Shown: positions 1-8,804 of the stretch, one piece after another
Position numbering within the stretch: position 1 is the first letter of the stretch
How the letters are laid out: the number at the start of each line of letters is the position of its first letter
NCBI GenBank assembly: GCA_963721805.1
Contig: CAVRJY010000005.1
Location: 19,318-83,317, forward strand
From: Nitrospirota bacterium
GTDB lineage: Bacteria; Nitrospirota; Thermodesulfovibrionia; Thermodesulfovibrionales; JdFR-86
Length of the DNA stretch: 64,000 nucleotides
Direction: 5' to 3'
Position numbers and translations under genes: made by a program
Notes under the pieces: model-generated
The model's database searches: none
Seen by the model: only the letters and a program-made list of their open reading frames with translations
What the model was told of the DNA's origin: nothing

Positions 1-110
1 CGATCACCGCGGCGGACGTAAAGCGCGTGGCCGAGAAGTACCTCGACCCGGATAAGTGCACGGTCGTAGTCGTCGCGCGGCAGTCTGAGGCCGGGATCAA
101 GACGAAGTAG
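1..110 (+). CDS. 3' end of a CDS entering the window (C-terminus ...KCTVVVVARQSEAGIKTK); possibly M16-type peptidase
   Basis: Open frame from nt 3 to TAG at 108-110. Only 35 codons are visible, so the family call is weak. Confidence 0.3.
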   Translation, partial: ITAADVKRVAEKYLDPDKCTVVVVARQSEAGIKTK

Positions 111-124
111 GGGGAGAGGGATTA

Positions 125-196
<72 letters not shown>

Positions 197-248
197 GCCT
201 TGCCCTCGATAAGACAGGAAAATATTATATCACAGCGGCGGCCAGCCG

Positions 249-2420
249 CTACTTTATCCTGAGACCGGCCCTGACTTCGGCAAGCGTGGTGAGCACGACC
301 GGCTTTCCGTCCTCGTCCGTAGCGGCAAGCACCATCCCATTAGACTCGTTGCCCATCAGCTTCACGGGCTTGAGGTTCGCGACTATTATTACGGTCTTGC
401 CTACAAGGTCCTCGGGCGCGTATGAGCCGCCTATGCCGGCCACTATCTGGCGCTGGTCCCCGCAGTCGACCTGAAGCCGTAATAGCTTCTTCGACTTCTC
501 TACGCGCTCGGCTTGGAGTATCTTCGCGGTGCGCAGCTCGACCTTCGCGAACTCGTCAATACCTATTAATTCCGATGCGACAGGTGTTGCTGCCGCATCG
601 GACACAAGCGCGGCTGCAGGTGCTATTGCAGCAGTCTCTGGTGTTTTTTCCGGTTCTGTCACTTTCTTCTCCTTATTATTTTGCTCATTGAGTCGCTTAT
701 GCACATCTGATAAATTGTAGACAATTTCTAGGTTAACTTTTATGTTGTCTACCTTTGTAAATTGAAGATGTGTTGAATCCTTCGCCTTAACAAGAATATC
801 TGTATTTTCATGATAATTTATATTTTGACACTTAGCTAATACCACATTAGCCGGTGCGGCTTCCTTAGGCTTCCCTATGCGCGGGAACAACTGCTCAAGC
901 GGGCTGAGTTCCGTGCCAGGCTTGAGAGCTCCCCATACAAAGTCCTTATCAGGGAATATGTTATCCCACTGTCCAAATGCTGATCGGAGCTTTCTCATCG
1001 TTGTAGGCATAAAAGGAATAAGATATAAACTAACTAATCTCAATGCTTCTGCAGAGTGATATAGCACAGTGCCAAGGCGACCATTCTGTGCCGGATCTTT
1101 AGCGAGTTGCCAGGGTGCGTTCATATCAATATATCTATTCGTATATGTAACAAGCTTCCATATCTCTTCGAGTGCCCTATGAAACTGCACCGCCTCAATT
1201 TGTGCAGCAACTTTAATGGGGAGTTCTAAATTAGTTTTTTCAGCAAATTCTCCTTCTTCACAACTTATATATTTTTCCAAATCATTGTGATAAGTTCCCA
1301 CTTCAGGCGCTGGCACCTTGCCCTCGCAGTAGTTCATGATAAGTTTATGCACGCGGCTCGCGAGGTTCCCGAGGTCGTTAGCCAGATCCACATTGATGCG
1401 CTTTATCAGCGCGTCCTCTGAGTAATCCCCGTCGAGCCCGAACGGCACCTCGCGCATCAGGAAGTACCTGAAGGCGTCCGCGCCATACTTCTCGGCCACG
1501 TCGCCGGGGCTCACGACGTTGCCCAGGCTCTTGGACATCTTGCGGCCATTGATAGTCCACCAGCCATGCGCGAAGATGTTCTCGGGCAGCTCCTCGCCCA
1601 TCGCCAGTAGCATCGTGGCCCAATAGACGCTGTGCGTCGTGAGGATGTCCTTGCCAATGAGCTGGTGCGTCGCTGGCCATATATTTTTGCCCGCCAGGTA
1701 TTGGGGCGCTGAATAGTAATTAAGGAGCGCGTCGAACCAGACGTAGGTGACGAACTCGGGGTCGAACGGGAGCGGGATGCCCCACGACATGCGCTTGACC
1801 GGCCTCGATATGCAGAGGTCCCCAAGAGGCTGGGAGCGCAGGAACCCGAGCACCTCATTGCGGCGGCTCTCTGGGAGGATGAACCGGGGGTGCTCCTCGA
1901 TATGCCGCGCGAGCCTCTCGGCGTACCGCGACATCAGGAAGAAGTAGTTCTCCTCCTCGATGCGCTCGACCTTGCGGCCGCAGTCCGGGCAGTTGCCGTC
2001 GATTAAATCCTTCTCGGTCCAGAACCGTTCGTCAGGGGTGCAGTACCATCCCGAGTATGAGCGCTTCTCGATCTCGCCGCGCTTCCAGAGGTCCGCGAGC
2101 ACGTCCTGTACGATCTTGATATGCCCGCTATCCGTCGTGCGCATGAAGGCGTCGGGCGATACGTTTAGCTTACCCCAGAGCTCCCTGAAGTTTTGGGACA
2201 TCTGATCGGCGAGTTCCTTGGGAGAGATATTGCGCTTCGCCGCGGCCTCGGCGATCTTCTGGCCGTGCTCGTCCGTGCCTGTGAGGAAGAACACGTCGCG
2301 GCCCCGCAGGCGGTTGTGCCTTGCGAGGACGTCGGCCGCGACCGTGGTATAGGCATGCCCTATATGGGGCTGGTCGTTGACGTAATATATCGGCGTCGTG
2401 ACGTAGAAAGCCTTGGCCAC
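249..2420 (-). CDS. metG: Methionyl-tRNA synthetase with C-terminal tRNA-binding (EMAP/Trbp111-like) domain
   Basis: 723-aa ORF with HIGH-type motif (PHIGHAYT), KMSKS motif, and C-terminal GIDEFAKVELRTAKIL...VANLKP domain. Confidence 0.95.
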   Translation of the reverse strand: MAKAFYVTTPIYYVNDQPHIGHAYTTVAADVLARHNRLRGRDVFFLTGTDEHGQKIAEAAAKRNISPKELADQMSQNFRELWGKLNVSPDAFMRTTDSGHIKIVQDVLADLWKRGEIEKRSYSGWYCTPDERFWTEKDLIDGNCPDCGRKVERIEEENYFFLMSRYAERLARHIEEHPRFILPESRRNEVLGFLRSQPLGDLCISRPVKRMSWGIPLPFDPEFVTYVWFDALLNYYSAPQYLAGKNIWPATHQLIGKDILTTHSVYWATMLLAMGEELPENIFAHGWWTINGRKMSKSLGNVVSPGDVAEKYGADAFRYFLMREVPFGLDGDYSEDALIKRINVDLANDLGNLASRVHKLIMNYCEGKVPAPEVGTYHNDLEKYISCEEGEFAEKTNLELPIKVAAQIEAVQFHRALEEIWKLVTYTNRYIDMNAPWQLAKDPAQNGRLGTVLYHSAEALRLVSLYLIPFMPTTMRKLRSAFGQWDNIFPDKDFVWGALKPGTELSPLEQLFPRIGKPKEAAPANVVLAKCQNINYHENTDILVKAKDSTHLQFTKVDNIKVNLEIVYNLSDVHKRLNEQNNKEKKVTEPEKTPETAAIAPAAALVSDAAATPVASELIGIDEFAKVELRTAKILQAERVEKSKKLLRLQVDCGDQRQIVAGIGGSYAPEDLVGKTVIIVANLKPVKLMGNESNGMVLAATDEDGKPVVLTTLAEVRAGLRIK

Positions 2421-2423
2421 TGC

Positions 2424-3983
2424 CTAACCCTGCGCCGGTGGAGCGCCTGTGCCGCCTCCGGGGCCCTTTGGAGGCTTGTTGCGCCTGCGGCGCGGCCGGC
2501 GGGGCCTGCCTGCCGCCTCCGGGGCCGGGGCCGTCTGGCCCTCTCCTGAAGACCGCGTGGCCGTCTCGGGTGCAGAAGCCTGCCCTGCCTCGGCATGCCG
2601 CCAAGGCGACGGGGCGGACTGGCCCTCTCTTTGGGGCGACTGCCCCTCTCTTTGAATCGGCTGGGCCTCGGGCTGACCGGCTCCTGCCTCGGCATGCCGC
2701 CAAGGGGACGGGGCCGACTGGCCCCCTCTTTCAGGTCTGGGCGGCCGCTGGACCTCTCTTGCAGGCCTCGGCGGGGCCGACTGGGCCTCTCTTGCAGGCC
2801 TTGGCGGGGCCGACTGGCCCTCGGGTCTGGTAGCGCCCTCGGCGCCGGGCTTCCTGCGGCCGCGCCTTCTCTTGCGGCGCTTCTCGCCGGTCTCGCCCTC
2901 CGCAGCTGCGGGCTGGGCCTGAGGTGCAGTGAACTCCGGCTCGTACTCGAAGTCAGCGTGGTATGTAAGCGTCGGCTCTCCGGCCTCTATCGGCGGCGGA
3001 GGGGGCCTGTGCGTCGCGCGCGACGGCCTCTTTGCGGGTGCGGTGACGGCGTCCACCGCTGCCTCCAGCGCCTCGGGCGACGGCTGCTGGGCTGCCGCTG
3101 ACTTCGGCCGCCTCTTGGCGCGCGCGGCGTCCTCGTCGTATTCGTAGTTCAGGCAGCAGAGCAGCCGTCCGCAGCCGCCCGAGAGCTTGGCCGTATTCAG
3201 GACGAGGTCCTGCTGCTTGGCCATCTTTATCGATATCGGCGCGAACGAGCGCAGGAACGTACGGCAGCAGTACTCTATGCCGCAGATGCCGATCCCGCCT
3301 GCCATCTTCGCGGCGTCCCGGACGCCTATCTGCCTAAGCTCGATGCGCGTGCGGAACTTCGATGCGAGGTCTTTTACGAGCTCGCGGAAGTCGATCCTCG
3401 TCTCGGAGATGAAGTAAAAAAGCAGCCTCTTTCTATCGAGCGTGACCTCGGCCAGAAGTAGCTTCATCGGCAGGCCGCGCGCGGCTATGCGTTCGTTGCA
3501 GTATGCGCGGGCCTCGAGGCAGAACGCCTTGTTCTCCTCGTCCTGCCTGATGTCCTCGGCCGTCGCGCGCCTGAGCACGTTTTTGACGCCGCGCTCGTGC
3601 AGGTCCGGCTCGAACTGGACCTTGGCCACCGAGCCTATCGAGATGCCGAGCTCGTTTTCGACGACGACCTGCTCGCCGATCTTGAGGCCCATGCCGCCAT
3701 CGCGGTAAGCGAAGGCCTTGTTCGAGCTTGGAAAGCGCACGCCGACCATCGGCTCGGGCAGGGGGGGCAGCTCGCGCACCTCCACGGCCTCAGCAGCGGG
3801 TGTCTCTATTGGCGCGGCCTCAGGCTCTGAAGCGGCCGCGGGTGTCTCTATGGGCGCGGCCTCAGGCTCGGCAGCGGCAGCGGGGCCATTAGCCTCGGGC
3901 GATTCCGCAGGCTCTATGTTAGGGTCCACGGGATTATTCTCCATGGCCGATGATTCCGAGTGTTCCGATGACGGTTCCAGCAT
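2424..3983 (-). CDS. PSP1 domain protein (YaaT/RicT-like) with repeat-rich N- and C-terminal tails
   Basis: Central block RLLFYFISETRIDFRELVKDLASKFRTRIELRQIGVRD...CGRLLCCLNYEY is typical PSP1. Alternative start at Met14 (3944). Confidence 0.8.
   Translation of the reverse strand: MLEPSSEHSESSAMENNPVDPNIEPAESPEANGPAAAAEPEAAPIETPAAASEPEAAPIETPAAEAVEVRELPPLPEPMVGVRFPSSNKAFAYRDGGMGLKIGEQVVVENELGISIGSVAKVQFEPDLHERGVKNVLRRATAEDIRQDEENKAFCLEARAYCNERIAARGLPMKLLLAEVTLDRKRLLFYFISETRIDFRELVKDLASKFRTRIELRQIGVRDAAKMAGGIGICGIEYCCRTFLRSFAPISIKMAKQQDLVLNTAKLSGGCGRLLCCLNYEYDEDAARAKRRPKSAAAQQPSPEALEAAVDAVTAPAKRPSRATHRPPPPPIEAGEPTLTYHADFEYEPEFTAPQAQPAAAEGETGEKRRKRRRGRRKPGAEGATRPEGQSAPPRPAREAQSAPPRPAREVQRPPRPERGGQSAPSPWRHAEAGAGQPEAQPIQREGQSPQREGQSAPSPWRHAEAGQASAPETATRSSGEGQTAPAPEAAGRPRRPRRRRNKPPKGPGGGTGAPPAQG
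2584..2822. repeat. In-frame tandem repeats inside the PSP1 gene tail (99-bp unit x2, then 30-bp unit x2)
   Basis: CCTGCCTCGGCATGCCGCCAAGG recurs at 2584 and 2683. GCAGGCCT(C/T)GGCGGGGCCGACTGG recurs at 2761 and 2791. They encode repeated APSPWRHAEAG and PPRPARE peptides. Confidence 0.8.
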
Positions 3984-4926
3984 AGTTCCAGACGATACTC
4001 CTGTTCAGATTGTAGACCAGGTCGCGGCGCAACTGCCGCAAGGTCTCGTAAACTCGTATTATACCTTTTACGCCGGCCTCAGGTCTGCCTGCCATCCTGT
4101 GCATGGCCTCCGGGATGTCCCGGTTGACCAGCAGGCCGCCATCCCCGGTGGCCCTCATCACCGCGAGGTCCCGAAGCAATACCGAGAGCTCGTCGATCCA
4201 TTCCCCGGCCTCCGCGGTCGAGGCCCACGAGGGCTTCCCGCCCGCGGCGCGCATCGCCGAGAGCGAGTCCATGAGGCTATCGCGCCGCGCGATCAAGTCC
4301 TCGCGCACCCCGAGCCCCGGCCTGCCCATCGCAAGCGGTACGGCCTCGTCCCCGCCCATCACGGCCGCGGAGTCCGCGTCCGAAAGCGGGCGGAAGTTCA
4401 GGCGCAGGCAGCGCGAGCGTATCGTCGAGGGCAGAACGTCCGGCCTGGCCGATACGAGTATGATCGTCGTGTCCTCAGGCGGCTCTTCCAGCGTCTTTAA
4501 AAACGCGTTGGCCGCGTTTTGGTTCATAGTGTCCGCGTCGTCGATGATCACGACGCGGGTGCGGGCCTCGAGCGCCCGGAACTGTAGGACTTCCTCGACC
4601 GAGCGGTAGGGCTCGCCGGCCTCGTTCTTGGCGGAGTCGTCGCGCCTGATCTGGGCTATCCTTATTTCGCCCCTATCGGGCTCGACTGTCATGAAGTCCG
4701 GGTGAGTCCCGGCCTTGATCATGCGGCAGCTGTCGCACCGGCCGCAGGCGTCGCCGTCTACCGGCTCGTTGCAGTTAAGCGCCATCGCAAACGCGGTCGC
4801 GGTGAGCCGCTTGCCGATGCCCTCCTCGCCCGCGAAGAGATAGGCCGAGGCCACGCGGCCTCGCCGCATCGCGCCACGGAGTATCCTCAAAGCCCGGTCC
4901 TGCCCTATTATATCGCTAAGCGCCAT
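3934..4926 (-). CDS. holB: DNA polymerase III delta-prime subunit
   Basis: AAA+ P-loop-like GEEGIGK, zinc module CGRCDSC, TIRSRC sensor motif. Start set to ATG at 4926 because the longer ORF (to 5070) runs into repeat R1. Confidence 0.85.
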   Translation of the reverse strand: MALSDIIGQDRALRILRGAMRRGRVASAYLFAGEEGIGKRLTATAFAMALNCNEPVDGDACGRCDSCRMIKAGTHPDFMTVEPDRGEIRIAQIRRDDSAKNEAGEPYRSVEEVLQFRALEARTRVVIIDDADTMNQNAANAFLKTLEEPPEDTTIILVSARPDVLPSTIRSRCLRLNFRPLSDADSAAVMGGDEAVPLAMGRPGLGVREDLIARRDSLMDSLSAMRAAGGKPSWASTAEAGEWIDELSVLLRDLAVMRATGDGGLLVNRDIPEAMHRMAGRPEAGVKGIIRVYETLRQLRRDLVYNLNRSIVWNYAGTVIGTLGIIGHGE

Positions 4927-4967
4927 AAGCTGTAAGTATACCCTATTGGGGCTATGAGGAGTGGTTG

Positions 4968-5177
4968 GAGCGTCTTGAAAGCGCTCGAAGCGTCTTGAAA
5001 GCGCTCCGAATCGCTTGATGCTGCGTTGGACTTCAAAAACTCGCCCTCTATGTACATCCAAGTACACCATCGGGCGGTTTTCTTGTCCTGCCTTGCCTGA
5101 AGACGATTTAGGCGCGCTTTCGGGGGGAGAGAATAACGGAGCCCCCCGCGCCCCACGAGGTCAACGGCATTGATTGG
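4968..5177 (-). repeat. SRE copy R1 (full length; head variant b, body type 1)
   Basis: Head GGTCAACGGCAT at 5159-5170, core CATCGGGCGG/GTACA motifs. Tail carries a 20-bp tandem duplication (4970-4989 and 4990-5009). Confidence 0.85.
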
Positions 5178-5202
5178 ATGGAAAAGTGGTATTATTCCTG
5201 AA

Positions 5203-5706
5203 ATGGACCTGCTTGAGGGAATATACACGCGCCGGAGCGTGAGGAAGTTCACGGCAGAGGACGTCTCGAAAGAGGCGGTCTCGGAGGTCGTCCGCGCCGG
5301 TACGTGGGCGCCGTCGGGCATGAACAACCAGCCCTGGCGGTTCGTCATAGTCCGCACGCCGGAGATGAGGCGCACACTTGCGGGATACACGAAATACGGC
5401 ATGGTCATCGAAGGCGCGCCGGTCGCCATAGCGGTATTCATCGAGACCAGCGAGATGTACAACGCGACCAAGGACCATCAGGCCATCGGCGCGTGCCTTC
5501 AAAACATGCTGCTCGCCGCGCATGCGCAGGGCCTCGGCGCGGTATGGCTGGGCGAGATACTAAACCGCGCGGCCGAGGTAAGAGTGGCGCTCGGAGTTGG
5601 AGAATCTCTGGAACTCATGGCGGTGCTCGCGATAGGCCATCCCGAAGCAGGAAAGCATCACTCTAAACGCAGGCCGGTAGAAGAAGTACTGCTCAAAGAA
5701 ATCTAG
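5203..5706 (+). CDS. Nitroreductase family protein
   Basis: RRSVRKF...PSGMNNQPWRFVIV...HAQGLGAVWLG motifs. Start moved to the Met after the R1 head. Confidence 0.8.
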   Translation: MDLLEGIYTRRSVRKFTAEDVSKEAVSEVVRAGTWAPSGMNNQPWRFVIVRTPEMRRTLAGYTKYGMVIEGAPVAIAVFIETSEMYNATKDHQAIGACLQNMLLAAHAQGLGAVWLGEILNRAAEVRVALGVGESLELMAVLAIGHPEAGKHHSKRRPVEEVLLKEI

Positions 5707-5710
5707 CCTG

Positions 5711-5884
5711 CCTTCCTTGCCAAAGTCGCGCTAAATACGCGTGATACGTTGTCACGGCTCGGAAATCCGTCCTCCAGAGTACATCTCAGTACACTTGCGG
5801 ACGTTTTCCTCGCCGTTCCTAGTCTGACGCGATTTATCGCGCTTTAAGTATCCGCTGCATAATCGTGCGAGCGGTCAACGGCAT
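5711..5884 (-). repeat. SRE copy R2 (head type 2, body type 2)
   Basis: Tail CCTTCCTTGCCAAAGTCGCG at 5711, head GCGGTCAACGGCAT ending at 5884. Abuts R3 head to head. Confidence 0.85.
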
Positions 5885-6079
5885 ATCTAATTAAGCAGTT
5901 GACCTTGGGGGTGCGGGGGTCCAGCGGCTGGGCCGCGTATAACCCCCGAAAGCGCAGCCAAATCGTCTTCAGACTAGGCAGCGGCGAGAAGATCGCCCGA
6001 TGGTGTACTTGGACGTACATAGAGGGCGAGTCTTTGAAGCCCAACGACGTATCAAGCGATTTGGGGCGCTTTCCCTTCC
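5885..6079 (+). repeat. SRE copy R3 (head variant a, body type 1)
   Basis: AT box ATCTAATTAA plus GCAGTTGACC at 5895-5904. Tail GATTTGGGGCGCTTTCCCTTCC ends 3 nt before the pfkB-like stop. Confidence 0.85.
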
Positions 6080-6082
6080 CGC

Positions 6083-6992
6083 TTAGAGCTCTTCGAAGTG
6101 ACTAAGCGCCTTAAACCCTCTATAGCGGTTCTCTATCTCGCGATAGTCGAGAGAGCGGAGCCTATCCAGGCTAAACGCCTCGACATTAAACGAGGCCATG
6201 ACAGAGCCCATCACTACCGCGCGCCGCATCGCGGCCTCGCCGAAGTCCATCGAGTTCGCGAGGTATCCGATGAACCCGCCCGCGAAGGTGTCGCCCGCGC
6301 CGGTCGGGTCGTAGACGTCCTCGAGCGGGTATGCCGGGGCCGCGAAGACCCCGTTGGCCGAGAACATCAGCACGCCGTACTCGCCGCGCTTTATCACGAC
6401 CGTCTGTGGCCCGAGCGTCATGATCACACGCGCGGCCTTCACGAGGTTGCGTCTCGCCGGTGAGCTGCCGGGCCTCGGCGTCGTTGATCAGCAGTATGTT
6501 GACGAGCTTGAGTGTCTTAAGCAGCGAGTCGCGCTGGCCCGAGATCCAGAAGTTCATCGTATCCATGGCGATGACCTTGGGGGCCTTGACCTGCCCCACG
6601 ACCTCGCGCTGGAGGTCGGGGTGTATATTGGCGAGGAAGACGACCTCGGCCTCGCGGTGCGCGGCGCTCAGTATGGGCTTGAAGGTCTCAAAGACGTTAA
6701 GCTGCGTATCGTGCGTGCGTGCCTCGTTTAGCTCGTATGTGTATGAGCCCTTCCAGCGGAAGGTCTTCCCGGCGACGCGTTCTAATCCCGAGAGGTCGAC
6801 CCCGCGCGATTTGAGGAACTTGACGTGCTTGTCCGGGAAGTCCTCGCCGACTACGGCGACGAGGCTTACGTCCGTGAAGTAGCTGGCCGAGGTCGAAAAG
6901 TACGTGGCAGAGCCCCCGAGCGCGTCTTCGACCTCGCCAAAGGGCGTCTTTACGGAATCCAGCGCCATCGAGCCCACCACCAGTAGTCCCAT
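6083..6992 (-). pseudogene. PfkB-family sugar/nucleoside kinase, frameshifted
   Basis: ORFs 6186..7010 and 6083..6442 are N- and C-terminal halves (DPTGAGDTFAGG motif in the C-half). One extra base sits near 6445-6452 (ACGCAACCTC vs expected ACGAACCTC). Confidence 0.7.
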
Positions 6993-7128
6993 CCTCACAG
7001 CCTCCCGCAAGCGTAATTTCTCGGCGTATTATACACGAGATGGAATCGGGGGAGGCAATTTTGGTGTTGACACACGCGCTGTTTGGCATTAATATCTGTG
7101 CATCCATCAACACACGGAGGAACCGATA

Positions 7129-7861
7129 TTGAAAAGGGCATTCATTACGGCCGCGCTAGCTGGGCATCCTGGCGTTCTCGGCAGTCGCGGCCTCGGCCGA
7201 GGGGCCGCTCAAGGACGACAAGGCCAAGGAAAGCTACACCATAGGCTACCAGTTCGGGACGAGCATTAAAGAGCAGAAGATGGATATCGACCTCGACATT
7301 ATGATCTCGGCGATCAAGGACGGCCTCAAAGGTACAAAGGCCCCGCTCACGGCCGAGGAGATGGGCGACGTGATCGAAAAGCTCAGGGCCAGGATGACCG
7401 CCAACGCCGCACAGCGCCAGAAGGAACTCGACGAGGCGAACCTCGCCGAGGGCAAGGCGTTTTTGGCCGCGAACGCCAAGAAAGAGGGCGTAAAGACCCT
7501 CCCCAGCGGGCTTCAGTACAGGGTGATCAAGGAGGGCGAAGGCCCCAAGCCGACCGCGACGGACTTGGTCACGGTCAATTACGCCGGCTCGTTCATCAAC
7601 GGCACGGAGTTTGACAGCACGTACAAGCGCAACAAGCCGGCCACGGTGAAGCTCGGCAGCATCATCCCCGGCTGGCGCGAGGCGCTCCCGATGATGAAGA
7701 CAGGCTCGGAGTGGGAGGTCTTCATGCCCGCGGACCTCGCCTACGGCAACAGGCAGGCCGGGCCGATCCCGCCGGGCAGCACGCTCGTATTCAAGATCGA
7801 ACTGCTGTCGATAGGGATCGAGAACGCGCCCTCGAAAGAGGTCCCGCCGCCGGCCGAGTAA
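7129..7861 (+). pseudogene. FKBP-type peptidyl-prolyl isomerase (FkpA/FklB-like), apparent 1-nt insertion in the signal-peptide region
   Basis: GGAGG-N8-TTG at 7129 gives MKRAFITAALAG. Shifting one base at about 7163 continues ILAFSAVAASAEGPLKDD into ORF 7280..7861 (FKBP domain LVTVNYAGSFINGTEFDS). Confidence 0.6.
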
Positions 7862-7883
7862 TGCCATAAATCAAGCGCGGCCT

Positions 7884-8228
7884 CTAGTTGTAGTCGTGCG
7901 TGCCGAGGACGACCCTGATCCCGGTCTTCTCGGCGATGAGTTTCGCCAAGTCCTCGGGGCTCGTATAGGGGCAGCCGGGTTTGGACTTCGCGAGGCAGGT
8001 GCTGAGGTGTATCACGTCGGGCTTGATCTGCGCGAGCTTCATCGACATGCCGAGGTTCGGGATCACGGTCCGTCCGGGGCACTCGCAGGTGAAGAAGCCT
8101 ACTACGGTGTAAGGCTCCTCGTAGCTCCCATCGCCGAGCGCCGCCGCCTTCAGGCACCTCCACTCGCCGGGGCAGCCGTATCCACTGTCCATGTATGCTC
8201 CGCAGCCGATTACAACGACGTTCTTCAT
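7884..8228 (-). CDS. CGGC domain protein
   Basis: 114-aa ORF with VIGCGAYMDSGYGCPGEWRC and CECPGR / STCLAKSKPGCPY cysteine motifs. Confidence 0.65.
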   Translation of the reverse strand: MKNVVVIGCGAYMDSGYGCPGEWRCLKAAALGDGSYEEPYTVVGFFTCECPGRTVIPNLGMSMKLAQIKPDVIHLSTCLAKSKPGCPYTSPEDLAKLIAEKTGIRVVLGTHDYN

Positions 8229-8384
8229 CTCGATTCAAACCTCCTTATATGTATGTCCCCGAAAGCCGGGTTGCACGAATGCGATATTTTATATGATCGG
8301 AGCGGGAGAGTCCAGGGCAAGCGGGATGGAATCAAGGAGGGGGCAAGGCACGCACTATCTCGGCATTCGTTTGCTTAAGACAAA

Positions 8385-8433
8385 GTTGAAAAGGAGGGGC
8401 GGGGCATCAAGGCCGACATGCGGCTGATGCCCC
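8385..8433 (-). terminator. Hairpin downstream of the small membrane-protein gene
   Basis: GGGGCATCA (8401-8409) pairs with TGATGCCCC (8425-8433). Partial U-run on the minus strand. Confidence 0.45.
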
Positions 8434-8445
8434 ACACCGAGTGAA

Positions 8446-8640
8446 CTATTGCTTTCCTATACGGATCTTTGAAAGGTCGCCTATGAGACCGAAGACGCTC
8501 AAGAGCCAGATGATAACCGCGATGACCACTACCGCATTCAATATGCTCTTGATGGTAGACTGCATCGGTATAAAGCGGTTAACCATCCATAAAACAACTC
8601 CAACGACTGCCAAGACTACAACTACCTGGACCAATGGCAT
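8446..8640 (-). CDS. Small two-TM hydrophobic protein
   Basis: 64-aa ORF, two hydrophobic segments, own hairpin downstream. Confidence 0.5.
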   Translation of the reverse strand: MPLVQVVVVLAVVGVVLWMVNRFIPMQSTIKSILNAVVVIAVIIWLLSVFGLIGDLSKIRIGKQ

Positions 8641-8804
8641 AGCTCTTCTCCTTTCTGATTACTGCATGCTGTCCAAAAAGTATCACAAGATGTCCGGCTG
8701 CACAAGACGTCCCCGGCCCTGCATTGGAACTTCTTTGACTTACGACGGCGGACGGCATAAGATTAGGATAATGTTATGGCGGACCCTTTTGCCGGGAGGC
8801 ACAT

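Larger units (their letters stand above)
4968..6079. mobile_element. Inverted SRE pair R1...R3 enclosing the nitroreductase gene and R2
   Basis: Heads of R1 and R3 face inward. The enclosed gene is not AT-rich, so cargo status is doubtful. Confidence 0.3.

Noticed and set aside
5873-5904. SRE heads as integron attC core sites (GGTCAAC / GTTGACC versus RYYYAAC / GTTRRRY)
   Set aside because: Only a 6/7 match to each core. The arms are about 180 nt rather than short imperfect palindromes. Cargo lies between inverted rather than direct sites, units are scattered among core genes, and no intI gene or attI is present. Kept only as a loose analogy.
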